Shown here: positions 1-12,903 of the stretch, piece after piece
Numbering within the stretch: position 1 is the first letter of the stretch
How the letters are laid out: every line of letters begins with the position of its first letter
Assembly: GCF_001194135.2 (NCBI RefSeq)
Contig: NC_068981.1
Span: 73,327,377-73,391,376, forward strand
Length of the DNA stretch: 64,000 bases
Direction: 5' to 3'
Source of the DNA: Octopus bimaculoides
Lineage: Eukaryota
Program-made: the position numbers and the translations under genes
The notes under the pieces: generated by a model
The model's input: only the letters and a program-made list of their open reading frames with translations
Databases searched by the model: none
What the model was told of the DNA's origin: nothing

Positions 1-378
1 GAAACTGCCAGAAATCTTATCATTTATCAACTGCATTAAAGATCTCTACTATAGCTTATTTTGTTTTACTCACGCTTTACTCTCCTACCTTTTGTCTTAA
101 TGGGCTGAATGGTAGGGTAGCAGAGTAAAGTAGTATGGTATATAGCCTAGCTTAAGTCTAAGGAGCCCTATCCAAAACTCTCTTGGATAAATGTTCTAAC
201 AGGAACTGCAAGTCCATCTCACCAAAAGTGGTCTTAAGAGCACTTGTTCAGCGTTTTGAATATTGGCCACTTAGAGCTGTACGTACATATATACGTATAC
301 ACATATATGCTTATATACATACATACAAACATTCATATGTATGTGTGTATGTATGTATGTATGTATATATATATATGC

Positions 379-753
379 GGAGGCGCAATGGCCCAGTGGT
401 TAGGGCAGCGGACTCGCGGTCATAGGAACGCAGTTTTGATTCCCAGACCGGGCGTTGTGAGTGTTTATTGAGCGAAAACACCTAAAGCTTCACGAGGCTC
501 CGGCAGGGGATGGTGGCGAACCCTGCTGTACTCTTTCACCGCAACTTTCTCTCACTCTTATTTCTTGTTTCTGTTGTGCCTGTAATTCAAAGGGCCAGCC
601 TTGTCACACTGTGTCACGCTGAATATCTCCGAGAACTACGTTAAGGGTACACGTGTCTGTGGAGCGTTCAGCCACTTGCACGTTAATTTCACGCGCAGGC
701 TGTTCCGTTGATTGAATCAACTGGAACCCTCGACGTCGTAAGCGATGGAGTGC

Positions 754-762
<9 letters not shown>
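379..762 (+). mobile_element. tRNA-derived SINE, family A, full length
   Basis: Head GGAGGCGCAATGGCCCAGTGGTTAGG carries a Pol III A-box and a B-box-like GTTTTGATTCCC. It ends ...CGACGTCGTAAGCGATGGAGTGCCAACAACAA, sits between TA tracts, and four other copies are in the window. Confidence 0.9.
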
Positions 763-784
<22 letters not shown>

Positions 785-3707
785 CACATGCATATTATAC
801 AAACACATATGCACACATGTAACCTTATTTGGTTATGCTGTTTCTTTGCATTTGAACAGTTTAAAAACTAAGCCACAAACATAATATGCCTTATGTGCAA
901 TGCTCCATATTAAGTTCTTTTGGTGGTCGCAATTTGATTGCTTTCATTTCAGAATCTTCCATTATTAGTTAAATATTTTATCGACTCACAAATTTGATTC
1001 ATGTGGAATTTGAAATGAGAACCATGAAGAGCTATACTAAATACAACAAAGTAATGTAAACGAATCTCTTTAGGCCCGACTATATATTTATAAAACGGTA
1101 TTTGTTACAGTAATGTATGCATACCTATAATATATAAACCAATTGATGTTTCACAGCTTGAGTCACCGCTTGTGTTTGAAATTTGCAGCAGAACCAATTT
1201 ACAAAACAACAAAGGAACCAATAAATATATCATGATAATTTCAACTGATTTGATATTTTCATGTGACAGTAACACAACAATAAGCCTTTTAAGTCTATTA
1301 TCCCCTAGCTTTCTTGAATTAAACCTACCGATACACGTAGGGAGGAGTGACGTAGAATGTCAAGCATCGAAATCGGATTTCCAAACAATATTTTAAATAA
1401 CTTCAGAACTATTGTCTTAACTTTAACGAAAACAGAAATATACATTACTACCCACTTCACTGATCCTGCTGCACATAGTCCTCATCAGCTTGCTATCGAT
1501 ACCTCACACCAGACCCGTACAGCCCTTGCGAAAAATGACCTTGGAAACATTTTGATCATCGACAAAGCTGCATTAGGAAGACTAGGATTCCTTTGCAGGA
1601 CCATAAATTACGTCATGTGTGGTCTGTTACCGAGCTTCTACAAAGTTCGAGTGCGAACAACATTGAATGAAATTCTCCATATTTGAGATGTGCTTGTTGC
1701 CACACACACAAACGTTTCTGACCACATCCAAATAAGTTCATGAGATTTATTAGCAAAGACACCTCCCTGACATGGTACAACCACTGTTTCATAAGCGTTC
1801 AGTTCTTTCGTCTCTTATTACTTCAACGATCACAGTCTCTCCGGACTAACTAACTGTATAACAACTTCGTCCAAGCTTACCTAGCACACCCCTCTTTCAT
1901 CTGCTTGTCATCCCAAATATACTTAATCTAACAGGCCTCATAACACTATACATCTCCTAATCATTTCCAATACAACTCGTTACATACTCTAGTATTTTAG
2001 AATAATTCCTATCACTTCTTGTCACTGTCAATTTCTTTCCGCTAAATGCGACACTAAATACCTTTTCCTAATCATTCCTCCAAGTTTTCCCCGCCGCATA
2101 CGTTCTCTTACTGAATTTCAAACTAGATATCTATCACATCTACCTTTCCTGCCTCACCGAGTCAGCGTAGTCATACGACCTGTTATAAATCTCTCTCTAA
2201 GCACACTCTGCCGTCCTAGTCAGAAAAGACGGAATAGTCATGGCTAGAATGCCCCTGGCCCTAGATCAGCTCGACCAGGCCTTAACTGTGGCTAAACAGC
2301 AACAAGGGAGTCTCAACAGTCTTAGGGACCCTTTAAGGCTTGTGTCATCCGTTCCTATTCTGATAAAAGAGAAATTATATTAACCATCTCTTATCACAGA
2401 GCCGTATATGGGCCTTGGTTATCAACTTTGTAATTCGCATATTGCCAAGTATATGTCTCCATATCTGTAACCAAAATATTACTCTAAATGGCTTTCCCTA
2501 TCTATCTGCAAATACGTAGTGCAGGATGGTGCTGGACACTCTAGTGAACAATGGGGATATAGCAAATTTGATCGGTGTTTATTAACCGGAAATATTGAAC
2601 ATAGCTTTGAAGAAAGATGCTTTTCACGCTAGTTTGACCAAAATAAACTGCGTTATCAATCTCTTCGTATTTCTTTATTGTTCTTAGTCAAAGCTGAAAT
2701 TCCTTTTAATTGAAACAGACACGACCATCGATTGCTTCTGATATTCATGCAAGAAATTCTTAGTGGATATAAAAAAAAAGTCAAGTAGTCAAGTATCGTG
2801 CTTCCATTAAATTCGAGTCTTCAAATGGAACAGCAAAAGAAATACGATAACATAACATTTTGCAAAATGATTTTATATTATCTTTATTTTTACTACTACA
2901 TTTGCTTTAAAGTTATCGTTTAAAGATAAAAAGTTGTGCGTAACGCCCACAAAGTATCGGTCTTTTGCAATAATCATCATCGCTAAAGTAAAATGACTTT
3001 TCTTCAAAAGAAAGCTGTTTGTTAGTGGAGATAGTTGTTGAATCAAAAAAAGCAATATAAGCCATTTGATTTTTGAGAAAGACGAAGTCTCGTAGTATTG
3101 CTTGAACTGACAGCTTCAAAATGACGGTAATCAACTATGAAGCTCGCCGGACGTTTGCAGCATCAAGGTTTACGTATACATGGTACGTATTTATAACTAG
3201 GCAGGCAGAATTAAGCAATATAACAGATTTAACACAGCCTTAGTAAACATTTTTCTTAGCTAACAGCTCGATGTTTTATCATGCAAGCACCCCACAACGA
3301 TCATTTCACAATGGGAAATTTAATGTATTTTTACGTTTAATTTTATTTTATATACAATAAAAGAGATGTGCGTGTTGTTTTCACCACGAACATGGCCAGC
3401 AAAAAATTTAGTACAGTTGATATGAATTGCAAAGAAGATTGTCGAGCCGAAAGGGAAGCAAATTATCACGTTGTCGCCAGTTCGTTTTGTCAACGATCAA
3501 CGTCCGAGGTATAATGAAGGTATAACTCTAAATTCAAACTGATGGTGGTTTGTTCAGCTGAGTTATGTTACTCCTGCCGCGCAGCATTCTATTCAGGTGA
3601 ACACAATGGGAAATTTATCCAGGATATATATAACCTCTAAGAAGCTAATCTAAAGGACCGGCCCTAAAAATAGATGTGATTCGAAAAGATATAACTTTTG
3701 TAATATC

Positions 3708-3894
3708 GGTTTGAAATTTTGGCACAAGGCCAGCAATTTCGGGATAGGGATTATGTCGATTACATCGACTCTAGCACTAAACTGGTAATTATTTCACTGA
3801 CACCGAAATGATGAAAGGCAAAGTCGACCTTCGCGACATTTTATACTCAAATCGTAACGACGGACGAAATATCGCTAAGCATTTTGCACACTAT
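3708..3894 (-). mobile_element. SINE family B, 5'-truncated, with TSD
   Basis: Matches the B body (reverse complement of GTCGACTTTGCCTTTCATC ... CCTTGTGCC). Flanked by a 17-bp direct repeat with 1 mismatch: ATAACTTTTGTAATATC at 3691-3707 and ATTACTTTTGTAATATC at 3895-3911. Confidence 0.8.
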
Positions 3895-4177
3895 ATTACT
3901 TTTGTAATATCAGTTACTCCTTTGATGTAAGAAGTTTTGAGTCAAAACAACATTCATGAAGTTACAATGTTTTTTTTTTTTACTTATATGACCAATTAAA
4001 AAAATTACACTAGGTAAAAATGTTGACCAAATTACATAATGCATAAATTAACTGAAATGTTTGCATTTTCTAGCAAGTTGAAAAAGTTCGATTAGTTGAA
4101 TTAATAAATAATTAATTAAATGAATCAAGAATAAAGAAATTCATTTTCTTCTTCCGAAATTTTGCTCCCCTTCTGCA

Positions 4178-4542
4178 AGCTGACTTCCCAACAACATGGT
4201 CCCAGATTCAGTGCCACTGCGAGGTACTTTGGGCAAGTGTCTTCTACTATAGCTGCGGGCCAATCACACACGCACACACACACACACATACACACACACA
4301 CACACACACAAATTATGCGTGTGTGTGTGTGTGTGTGTATTATGTGTGCATGTCACTGTGTCTGCATTTGCCACCTAACACCGCTTTACGACCGGTGGTG
4401 AGGTGTTTGTGTCACCTAACTTAGCAGATCGATAGAATAAGTAACAAGCTTAAAAAAGTGCTGGGGGTCAATTTGTTCGACAAAAATTTCTTCAACGTGG
4501 TGCCCCACCATGACTGCAGTCAAACGACTGAAACAAATAAGA
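4178..4542 (+). mobile_element. SINE family C with internal CA/TG microsatellite
   Basis: Contains TTGGGCAAGTGTCTTCTACTATAGC and the 3' end CAGTCAAACGACTGAAACAAATAA shared with the other C copies. Confidence 0.8.
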
Positions 4543-5769
4543 TATACGTATACATACATATGTATATATTATTATAAAATCTGGTAATTAATCATATATT
4601 AATTAATATCGATTAATTATCAGGAGGCCAGCACATCTAAAGAATCAAAGAGATTCAGAATTAGTATCTGCAATCTCAGGGGATTAAGGTACATTAAAAA
4701 AAAATAACGTTGACCACTAACGTGGACAATTAATGTGCTAGAAATAGATCACATCTTGTGTCTATTAAGACCTAAATTGTTCTCAACATGAAATATAGCA
4801 GCATACCAAAACGTGAGCGGGCAAGACATTTAAAATCACCTAAAAAAAGCATTCTTAAACAGGAACCGGTTTCGGATTTAACAAATCTTACCATTTGTCC
4901 ATTCCTCTTCAGCCTGATTTGTAATTGTTCTCAACNNNNNNNNNNNNNNNNNNNNNNNNNNNNNNNNNNNNNNNNNNNNNNNNNNNNNNNNNNNNNNNNN
5001 NNNNNNNNNNNNNNNNNNNNNNNNNNNNNNNNNNNNNNNNNNNNNNNNNNNNNNNNNNNNNNNNNNNNNNNNNNNNNNNNNNNNNNNNNNNNNNNNNNNN
5101 NNNNNNNNNNNNNNNNNNNNNNNNNNNNNNNNNNNNNNNNNNNNNNNNNNNNNNNNNNNNNNNNNNNNNNNNNNNNNNNNNNNNNNNNNNNNNNNNNNNN
5201 NNNNNNNNNNNNNNNNNNNNNNNNNNNNNNNNNNNNNNNNNNNNNNNNNNNNNNNNNNNNNNNNNNNNNNNNNNNNNNNNNNNNNNNNNNNNNNNNNNNN
5301 NNNNNNNNNNNNNNNNNNNNNNNNNNNNNNNNNNNNNNNNNNNNNNNNNNNNNNNNNNNNNNNNNNNNNNNNNNNNNNNNNNNNNNNNNNNNNNNNNNNN
5401 NNNNNNNNNNNNNNNNNNNNNNNNNNNNNNNNNNNNNNNNNNNNNNNNNNNNNNNNNNNNNNNNNNNNNNNNNNNNNNNNNNNNNNNNNNNNNNNNNNNN
5501 NNNNNNNNNNNNNNNNNNNNNNNNNNNNNNNNNNNNNNNNNNNNNNNNNNNNNNNNNNNNNNNNNNNNNNNNNNNNNNNNNNNNNNNNNNNNNNNNNNNN
5601 NNNNNNNNNNNNNNNNNNNNNNNNNNNNNNNNNNNNNNNNNNNNNNNNNNNNNNNNNNNNNNNNNNNNNNNNNNNNNNNNNNNNNNNNNNNNNNNNNNNN
5701 NNNNNNNNNNNNNNNNNNNNNNNNNNNNNNNNNNNNNNNNNNNNNNNTATATATATATATATGTATGCT

Positions 5770-5836
<67 letters not shown>

Positions 5837-5906
5837 GTCTCTCTGTCTGTCTCGTTCTCTCCTTCTCTCTCTCTCACACATACATACACACGCGCGACGC
5901 ACACAT

Positions 5907-6038
5907 ATATAGTATATAATAAGAAGAAAATGGAGAGTTTTAGCAGATAAATATCAATTTTGGACCATAATTGACGATCTGTTAATAAATTGATATTTAT
6001 CTGTTAAAACTCCATTTTCTTCTTATTATGTACTATAT
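5907..6038. mobile_element. small palindromic MITE-like hairpin
   Basis: Arms 5907-5960 and 5987-6038 are reverse complements apart from 2 mismatches and a 2-nt indel; the loop is 26 nt. Confidence 0.75.
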
Positions 6039-6245
6039 TGAAATATACCCATATATATCGAAGTGAAACAATCATTGAACTCCGTAATATACTTCATTGG
6101 TGCCTATTATTAAACAATAACCACCAATACTATTAAGTGATGTTGGACTCCTGAATGTTTCATCGATACATAAGATTAAACTGGTGAAACCTGGATGTTG
6201 ACATCCCTTTTAAGAGGTATCTGTATCTTTAAAATAACTATACAT

Positions 6246-6277
<32 letters not shown>

Positions 6278-6318
6278 GTATGTATGTTTGTTTGTGTGTA
6301 TGTATGTACGTGTGTATG

Positions 6319-6353
<35 letters not shown>

Positions 6354-6808
6354 GCACCATCTTTCTCTTCCAACGTGAAAAATCTACGGAGGAAGAGCCT
6401 TCCTTACACTTGTGGGCAAACATTTTACCCTAGGCCATTAATAAACATAATATAAGGGTCTCGTTTAGCTGACCACCTTGTATCAAGAAAAAAATATATA
6501 TCTAAGGCCCTGGGTTGAGGTAGGATATTCATATGGGTTTAACAGTGGTCTACAAAGCAAATCAGGAAAAAAGACACGCAGACACATTATGGGGCATCAG
6601 AGTGTCTCTTTAGGCCGTTCTAAATCATCACAGATCCTCTTTTAGATTCCAAGATGAACGCAATATTACAACGTTAGTCGGTTGTATATAGTATTTAAAA
6701 GAGACATGAAAGCTCTATTAAATCAACTAAAAACTGTTGGAACGGACTGTACCATATCTGAGTTGATGAACACGTTGAAAGATTTACCTGTCAGAGAGAA
6801 GAGTTATT

Positions 6809-7076
6809 CTAAAACAAATTCATATGATCCGAGTGCTTTCCTGAGCTCAAAAGTCTAAATGTTTCGTTGTTGCTCACATTGACGGAAATTCGTTTTGATA
6901 AAGAACTCATCTTCGAACGAGACACTATATTCAAGCTTGCACTAGAGTCTTTTGTTTTGAGGAAAACTGACTGTTGCCTATGCATGGAAGTTTCCATATC
7001 ATCAATGCTTATCTGAGGCGAAGAGGCTGCCGTCTTCGACCGATACAGCTTTATGCCAAAGTCGTCACAAGCGTTG
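6809..7076 (-). CDS. candidate terminal coding exon of an unidentified host gene (Ser-rich tail)
   Basis: Lies within the 109-codon ORF 6809-7138 in non-repetitive DNA. Possible acceptor TTGCATCCTAACAG just before 7076; reads ...NACDDFGIKLYRSKT...SDHMNLF*. No recognisable domain. Confidence 0.3.
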
Positions 7077-7529
7077 CTGTTAGGATGCAAAGCACTAGAA
7101 CAGCTATTACAAGTCAACTGCCAGATCCTGTATTTCATTGCCGTGGATTAGTATTCTTTTCAGCAGGGTTTGAACTCAGAGTGCAGAGAATCGGAATAAT
7201 TTGAAGCAGCACTCTAATGGATCTGTGAATGATTCTGCCTTAAAGCGAAAAGACCGGGGCGCTGACATACAACGCGATCCCTTCCACCAAGGAGGTGAAA
7301 AACCTATCAATATAGAGGGAACTTGAAACTGAGGAGCATGTAGGTATGAAAAAATACGGACAATATTCTACAAATCATGCCAGGATTCACAACGTTACAC
7401 ACGGCTTAGAGCCCACATCCTTTCATCTCAATAGCACAAGACAAACAGAACGCCCTCTGCACACAGTGCATAACCCTGCATAGTAACCACTTAATAATAT
7501 AATACGACTAACACAGTACATACTTAGAG

Positions 7530-7799
7530 TAGTAGCTCCCAAACTTTTTTGGGTTGTGCTCCTTTGGTACCAAGGTCACATTCCTAGCACCAACCCACCA
7601 TTCATCACCACAAACATAGACCACTTTCTGAAGCAAATTCAAAGCAACTGTACCAATTATTTCGTTGTTTTTCTCATCCATTTCCCCCTTTTGACTACTC
7701 CATTATCGCCCCACTTGTCGTCAACGCCCCTTCCTCGGATCTGGATCTTTCCACCGACCTCAGGTGGGGGGGGGGTACAACCGACTTTGGCAACCACTG
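7530..7799. mobile_element. hAT (Charlie-type) MITE, degenerate
   Basis: Left end TAGTAGCTCCCAAAC and right end CTTTGGCAACCACTG resemble the CAGTGGTTCCCAAA-type TIR. Flanks ACTTAGAG and CTCTAGAC resemble the NTCTAGAN target. Confidence 0.6.
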
Positions 7800-8023
7800 C
7801 TCTAGACGATCAACAATCAATAAAATAATACAACACTTTCCTATATATCCCGGTACTATACCACCGAAAACTCATACAGCTCACATTATACACGACTACA
7901 TCTGCACAGCATCTTCTCTGTTCAGTCACCGTCCCACACTGAAGTACATACCGATCACATTACAACTCACGATACATCCACCATACACAACAGAAGAAAT
8001 ATGATTGTAGCTCCAGAAACGAG

Positions 8024-8751
8024 GGATCTAGTTCAAAACGGGGGCACCAGTATTTTCTTAACGAAACACTAACGAAACACTTTGAAACTTGGGACACTGG
8101 TAGAATGTGTCATATAAAACATCTTTTACTCTTAGTCTTCTTAACAAAAAAACGTACATCGCAAGTTATTCCATGTTAAAGTTGTCGTATTTCTGTAATT
8201 TCAACCAATCACTGACGTCTATTCAGCTGAATAGAGTTACTGCTGGCCGGTCATAAAAATGTTATTCCCTGCGACATATTTCATCCGGTTTAATCGTAAT
8301 TTATACGTATATATTGTTTATATAATAAATTANNNNNNNNNNNNNNNNNNNNNNNNNNNNNNNNNNNNNNNNNNNNNNNNNNNNNNNNNNNNNNNNNNNN
8401 NNNNNNNNNNNNNNNNNNNNNNNNNNNNNNNNNNNNNNNNNNNNNNNNNNNNNNNNNNNNNNNNNNNNNNNNNNNNNNNNNNNNNNNNNNNNNGGGTTAG
8501 GGTTAGGGTTAGGGGATTAATACGATATATACCGTTACAGCGCTAACTGTTTTCAACTGAATAGACGTCAGTGATTAGCAGAAATTATCGAAATAAGACA
8601 ATTTTTTACATGAAATAAATTCGAATACAAAAATTGTTTTCTGTTCTATAACACAAAATAGATAAGTATACGAAGTTTGAAAGTCTTTCGGTACCAAAAA
8701 CATTACATAAAACATAAATGAAAACTGGTGCCCCCGTTTTGAACAAGATCC
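8024..8751. mobile_element. TIR MITE with 8-bp TSD (Merlin-like) and internal TTAGGG array
   Basis: TIRs GGATCTAGTTCAAAACGGGGGCACCAGT and ACTGGTGCCCCCGTTTTGAACAAGATCC (27/28). Perfect TSD GAAACGAG at 8016-8023 and 8752-8759. Inner inverted repeats at about 8172-8230 and 8525-8600, and GGGTTA repeats at 8494-8514 next to the gap. Confidence 0.85.
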
Positions 8752-9423
8752 GAAACGAGAAATCAAATCATACAGCAGAGCAAACATGATGTTAATAACA
8801 CAAACAATTTTGCACACACCCCAGAGGCACAAAGTTAGTATTTTTTAAGGGAAGAGTTTAATCGATTATGCCGAGCCTAGCACTTATCCAGTAGTTCATT
8901 TAATCGTCACTGAAAAGACGAAAGGCAAAGTTAAACGCGATGAGATTTGAGTAAAAAGCCAGAACAATCGCCACAATTGTTTCGATATTCAGACGGTTCT
9001 AATTATCCACCACCCACTTAAATGTTTGTAATAAGTACAAAGGCCACATATACTATAATGAGGAGGAAGTATATTAAGTAAATCCCAGAGATTAGTTCTT
9101 ATGTTATTTTATCAACCACCTCCCTACGGAAAGAAGAGTTATAGTTAATCTCGGCGGGATTTAAACTTATAAAGATCTATAAGAAATACTGAAAGACATT
9201 TTGGTCTTACGATTTCGTAAATCCAAAATGTTTTTTTATTCATGTTATTTAAGTACAAAACCAAGGAAAATGCTTATTAATCTAAAACGATCCCAGTAAT
9301 TAGCTAGTACTTATTGACCTCAGTGGAATGAAAAGCGAAGAGCTGACTTTAGTAGGATTAGAAACTAAAGCATAAAGAAGAAGGATAACTACCATAAGGC
9401 ATCTTTCCGAAGGTCTAACAAAT

Positions 9424-9427
9424 AATG

Positions 9428-9520
<93 letters not shown>
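9424..9520. repeat. compound (TAA)n(CAA)n microsatellite
   Basis: Direct reading of the sequence. Confidence 0.95.
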
Positions 9521-9521
<1 letters not shown>

Positions 9522-10974
9522 AATGCAGTTATATTAGAACGTTTTCTAAGAGTTATGACATAACCAAAAATCATACACTGCGGAATTATCATAGTTTATC
9601 TAAAACTAACATCATAACCCAGCAGGTAAGATCAAAGACTGCTGGCTAATGGGTCGTATATTTACTCATATAACACACATATGCACATACATATATACGC
9701 ATGAACACACACTAACATAGAAATATATACAAACGCAACCATAGATATACACACACACTAACAAAGAAGTACAAAAATACATACACACTAAGAAACAAAC
9801 ACACCTATACAAACAGACATATTCATACACAGACTCAATATACATATACATACACACACATACACACATATACATACATATATATACACACATATATAAA
9901 GTTTATGAATTGGGCCCTGGTGAAAACTGAAAATTGGAAGCGTTATTTAAAAATACTACGAAGTTTTTGTTTCAGCAAATGATTTGTGTGGAGCAAACTT
10001 ATGATCAAAAGATTTTCCATACATGCAGTCCTATCTTTTCTTTATACACGGAAACTACATTATTCTGTGTGTCTTTCATATAAAATAGTAGGGTATAATT
10101 CGCGGAAGATTTTGGTTGTCATTTCGAACAGATTGAGCGACTGTATAGAGGTTGTTTCGTTACAACGCATGTGGATGATTGAAATTTTAATAATAATAAG
10201 ATTACTGCTCAGGTGCAAAAAAAAAAAAAAAAATAACCTCATTGGCAAAGGGTAAACATGAAGACAGACAGCGGCAATAATTGAAAAAAAGACAGACTGC
10301 AATGAATGAAAGCCCATATTCATGTCAGACTGAACCCTAGATCATCCACCACCCATCATCTACAAACACCTCGTCATATGTCTCTAGTATCGACTCATAC
10401 CATGGTTCTCCAGAATCACATCTACAACGTGAGCAATAACTTACTTATCGCCTTAGCTGTATTGGTTAAATAAGTGGTTTACAGTCTTCAAACTACATAC
10501 GTCTATACAAACACACATCTACATATACAACGTTGTTCCAATTAGAGCAGTTACAGACACACCATCACGTTTCATAATGCATACGACACACACATACCTA
10601 CACATACACATGCAACATACATAGCATGTACACAAATAATGCACAGAACTTCATACTCCCACATACGTGCTAACAGAGCAAGGTACTTTATGTACATACA
10701 TAAACACGTTTACATGCATACACACACACAACAGAGGCGCATACATCACAGCTCAGTCATCCATTGCCTCTCCTTACATTTGCTCTCCTTGTAAAACACA
10801 CTTTCCTTTTTGTAACGCTTATGTTTACCATTCATTTCCTATCATGCTATGAAACTAATTCTACATGCAATTTCATTCCATGGATCTTTTTCTTTTCCGT
10901 TCCTTCTGATTTCCTTCTCTCTTGCTTGAAGAAATGTCCTAGTCCGAAACGTGGAATATTTTCACTTTATCTTT

Positions 10975-11335
10975 TATCTTTCAGTCATTAGACTACAGCC
11001 ATGCTAGGGCACTGCTTTGGAGAATTTTTTAGTAGAATGTATTGACCCCCAGTACAGTTTTTTGAAGCGTGGTACTTTTGTATCGGTATCTTCTGACGAA
11101 CCGCTAATTTCCGGGAACGTAAACACGCCAACACCGGTTGCCAAGAAGTGTGGAGGGAGAGAAACACACAAACACAAAAACACACACATATACCACAAGC
11201 TTCTTTCAGTTTGCGTCTACCAAATCTACTCATAAGTGTTTGGTCGACCCGAGGTCAGAGTAGAAGATACTTGCTCAAGATGTCTCACTTAGAGTCTGAA
11301 ACCCGAATCTCATGGCTGGAAAGCAAAATTCTTAA
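10975..11335 (-). mobile_element. SINE family C
   Basis: Reverse complement of the C body, including GTAGAAGATACTTGCTCAAG and the TTCAGTCATTAGACT tail. Confidence 0.75.
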
Positions 11336-11871
11336 TATACAGTTTGTCTTTAATATTTTTTTCAGCGTTAAACAGATATTAAAAGAAATTGTATGTTTTT
11401 CTTTCTTTTTTTCTTTCTGTCTTTATTTATTTACTTATTTACTTATTTATCTTATTGAGATATTTCACTCGATATCAAATATAGTTCTACGCCGTGTTCT
11501 TAATGTCCACAAATTCCGTTAAAAACAAACATAAAAATTCCAATAAAAATCATTTGCTTTATGAATAATCGCATGAAATTATTCGAATATCTGAGCTTCA
11601 ATATATTTTAATGTTTAAATTAAAGACATTTAAAACTTCCTCTTTTTTTTTTTTCAGTTTACAATGATTGTGCATATGTGCGATGTAAAACAGCAGAAAC
11701 GAAATATCATGATAAATGGAAGTCGAAATCAACCAATCAATCGATCAATCAGTCAATCCATCTTTCTCTCTGTCTCTCTGTCTCTCTCTCTCTCCCTCTC
11801 TGTATCTCTCTCTCTGTGTCTCTCTCTCTGTCTCTCTCTGTCTCTGTCTCTCTCTCTCTCTCTCTCTCTGT

Positions 11872-11916
<45 letters not shown>

Positions 11917-11937
11917 CACACACACCCACCCACATAT

Positions 11938-12372
11938 CTTTTATCCTTTTTTTCTTGTTTCAGTAATTAGACCGTGGCCATGCTAATGCATCGCCTTGAA
12001 GAATTTTTAGTCGAATGAATCGATCCTAGTAACTGGAACTTATTCTATCGCTCTATTTTGGAGAATCGCGAAGTTAGGGGACATAAAAACACCAACACCA
12101 GTGCTCGGAGACAGCAGAGACACAAACACACACACCCACACACATATTCTTTTATTTTTTACTTGTTTCAGTCATCTGACTGCAGCCATGCTGGAGCGCC
12201 AACTTATGGGGTTTTAGTCGAACAAATCGATCCCAGGACTATGTTAGGCTAATACTTAGTATATCGACCTCCTTTGCCGAACTGCTAAGTTGCGGGGACG
12301 TAAACAAACCAGCAACGGTTGTTAAGCGACGGTGGTGAGAGAAACACCGACACAAACACAAATTTATATATG
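11938..12372 (-). mobile_element. two tandem 3' halves of SINE family C
   Basis: Units 11938-12145 and 12146-12372 each start with the ...CTTGTTTCAGT tail and run to the internal microsatellite. Confidence 0.7.
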
Positions 12373-12692
12373 AAAAACTCTACTAGAGTAGAAGTAGACA
12401 TTGTATTAGCGACTAGGAAATCAATTATAAAATATGAGAGAAAGTACTGGATGAGAAAGGATAGACCAGAGATGTTCGATATAACTATAGGATCGACAGA
12501 CTCTGCACAGATAACAAACTTAGTAAGGATATACATGCCTGTATAAGGAACTTCCAGAAGTAGGAGGAGGTTTATGCAGGTATGATGCACTTTTCTCCCT
12601 GTTTAACTCCTGAAACAGTGACAGAAAAATATAGGAAAAAGTTTTTTAGGTTCTTTAAAAACATAGGACTCTTAATGTCGATAGAAGAGGAA

Positions 12693-12903
12693 GGCGGTGA
12701 GCTGGCAGAAACGTTAGCACACCGGGCGAAATGCTTAGTGGTATTTCATTTGTTTTTACGTTCTGAGTTCAAATTCCGCCCAGGTCGAATTTGCTTTTCA
12801 TCCTTTCGGGGTCGATAAATTAAGTACCAGTTGCTACAGGGATCGATCTAATCGACTGGCCCCCTCCCCCAAAATTTCGGGCCTTGTGCCTAGAGTAGAA
12901 AAA
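12693..12903 (+). mobile_element. SINE family B, full length
   Basis: Head GGCGGTGAGCTGGCAGAAACGTTAGC, B-box GAGTTCAAATTCC, central CATCCTTTCGGGGTCGATAAATTAAGTACC (resembles the MetaSINE central domain, from recall) and tail GCCTTGTGCCTAGAGTAGAAAA. Confidence 0.85.

Noticed and set aside
379-455. tRNA-like heads of the SINEs as tRNA genes
   Set aside because: A- and B-boxes are present, but there is no acceptor-stem closure and each head continues into a SINE body.
1357-1686. 109-aa ORF MSSIEIGF...
   Set aside because: No recognisable domain or clear splice signals. The opposite strand has only a faint RSFFARAVRVW similarity to LINE 3' coding ends, so it is unassignable.
4775-4935. 13-bp direct repeat AATTGTTCTCAAC around 135 bp, and a GTAAG donor at 4890 on the minus strand
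   Set aside because: The second copy abuts a gap and the interior matches nothing, so a TSD, an exon and an assembly effect cannot be told apart.
8494-8514. TTAGGG repeats as a chromosome end
   Set aside because: They lie inside a TIR element with a TSD and unique sequence on both sides.
9300-9649. Poly-L, poly-C/Y and poly-I/T ORFs (also 22493-23559 and 25965-26478)
   Set aside because: They are translations of trinucleotide microsatellites.
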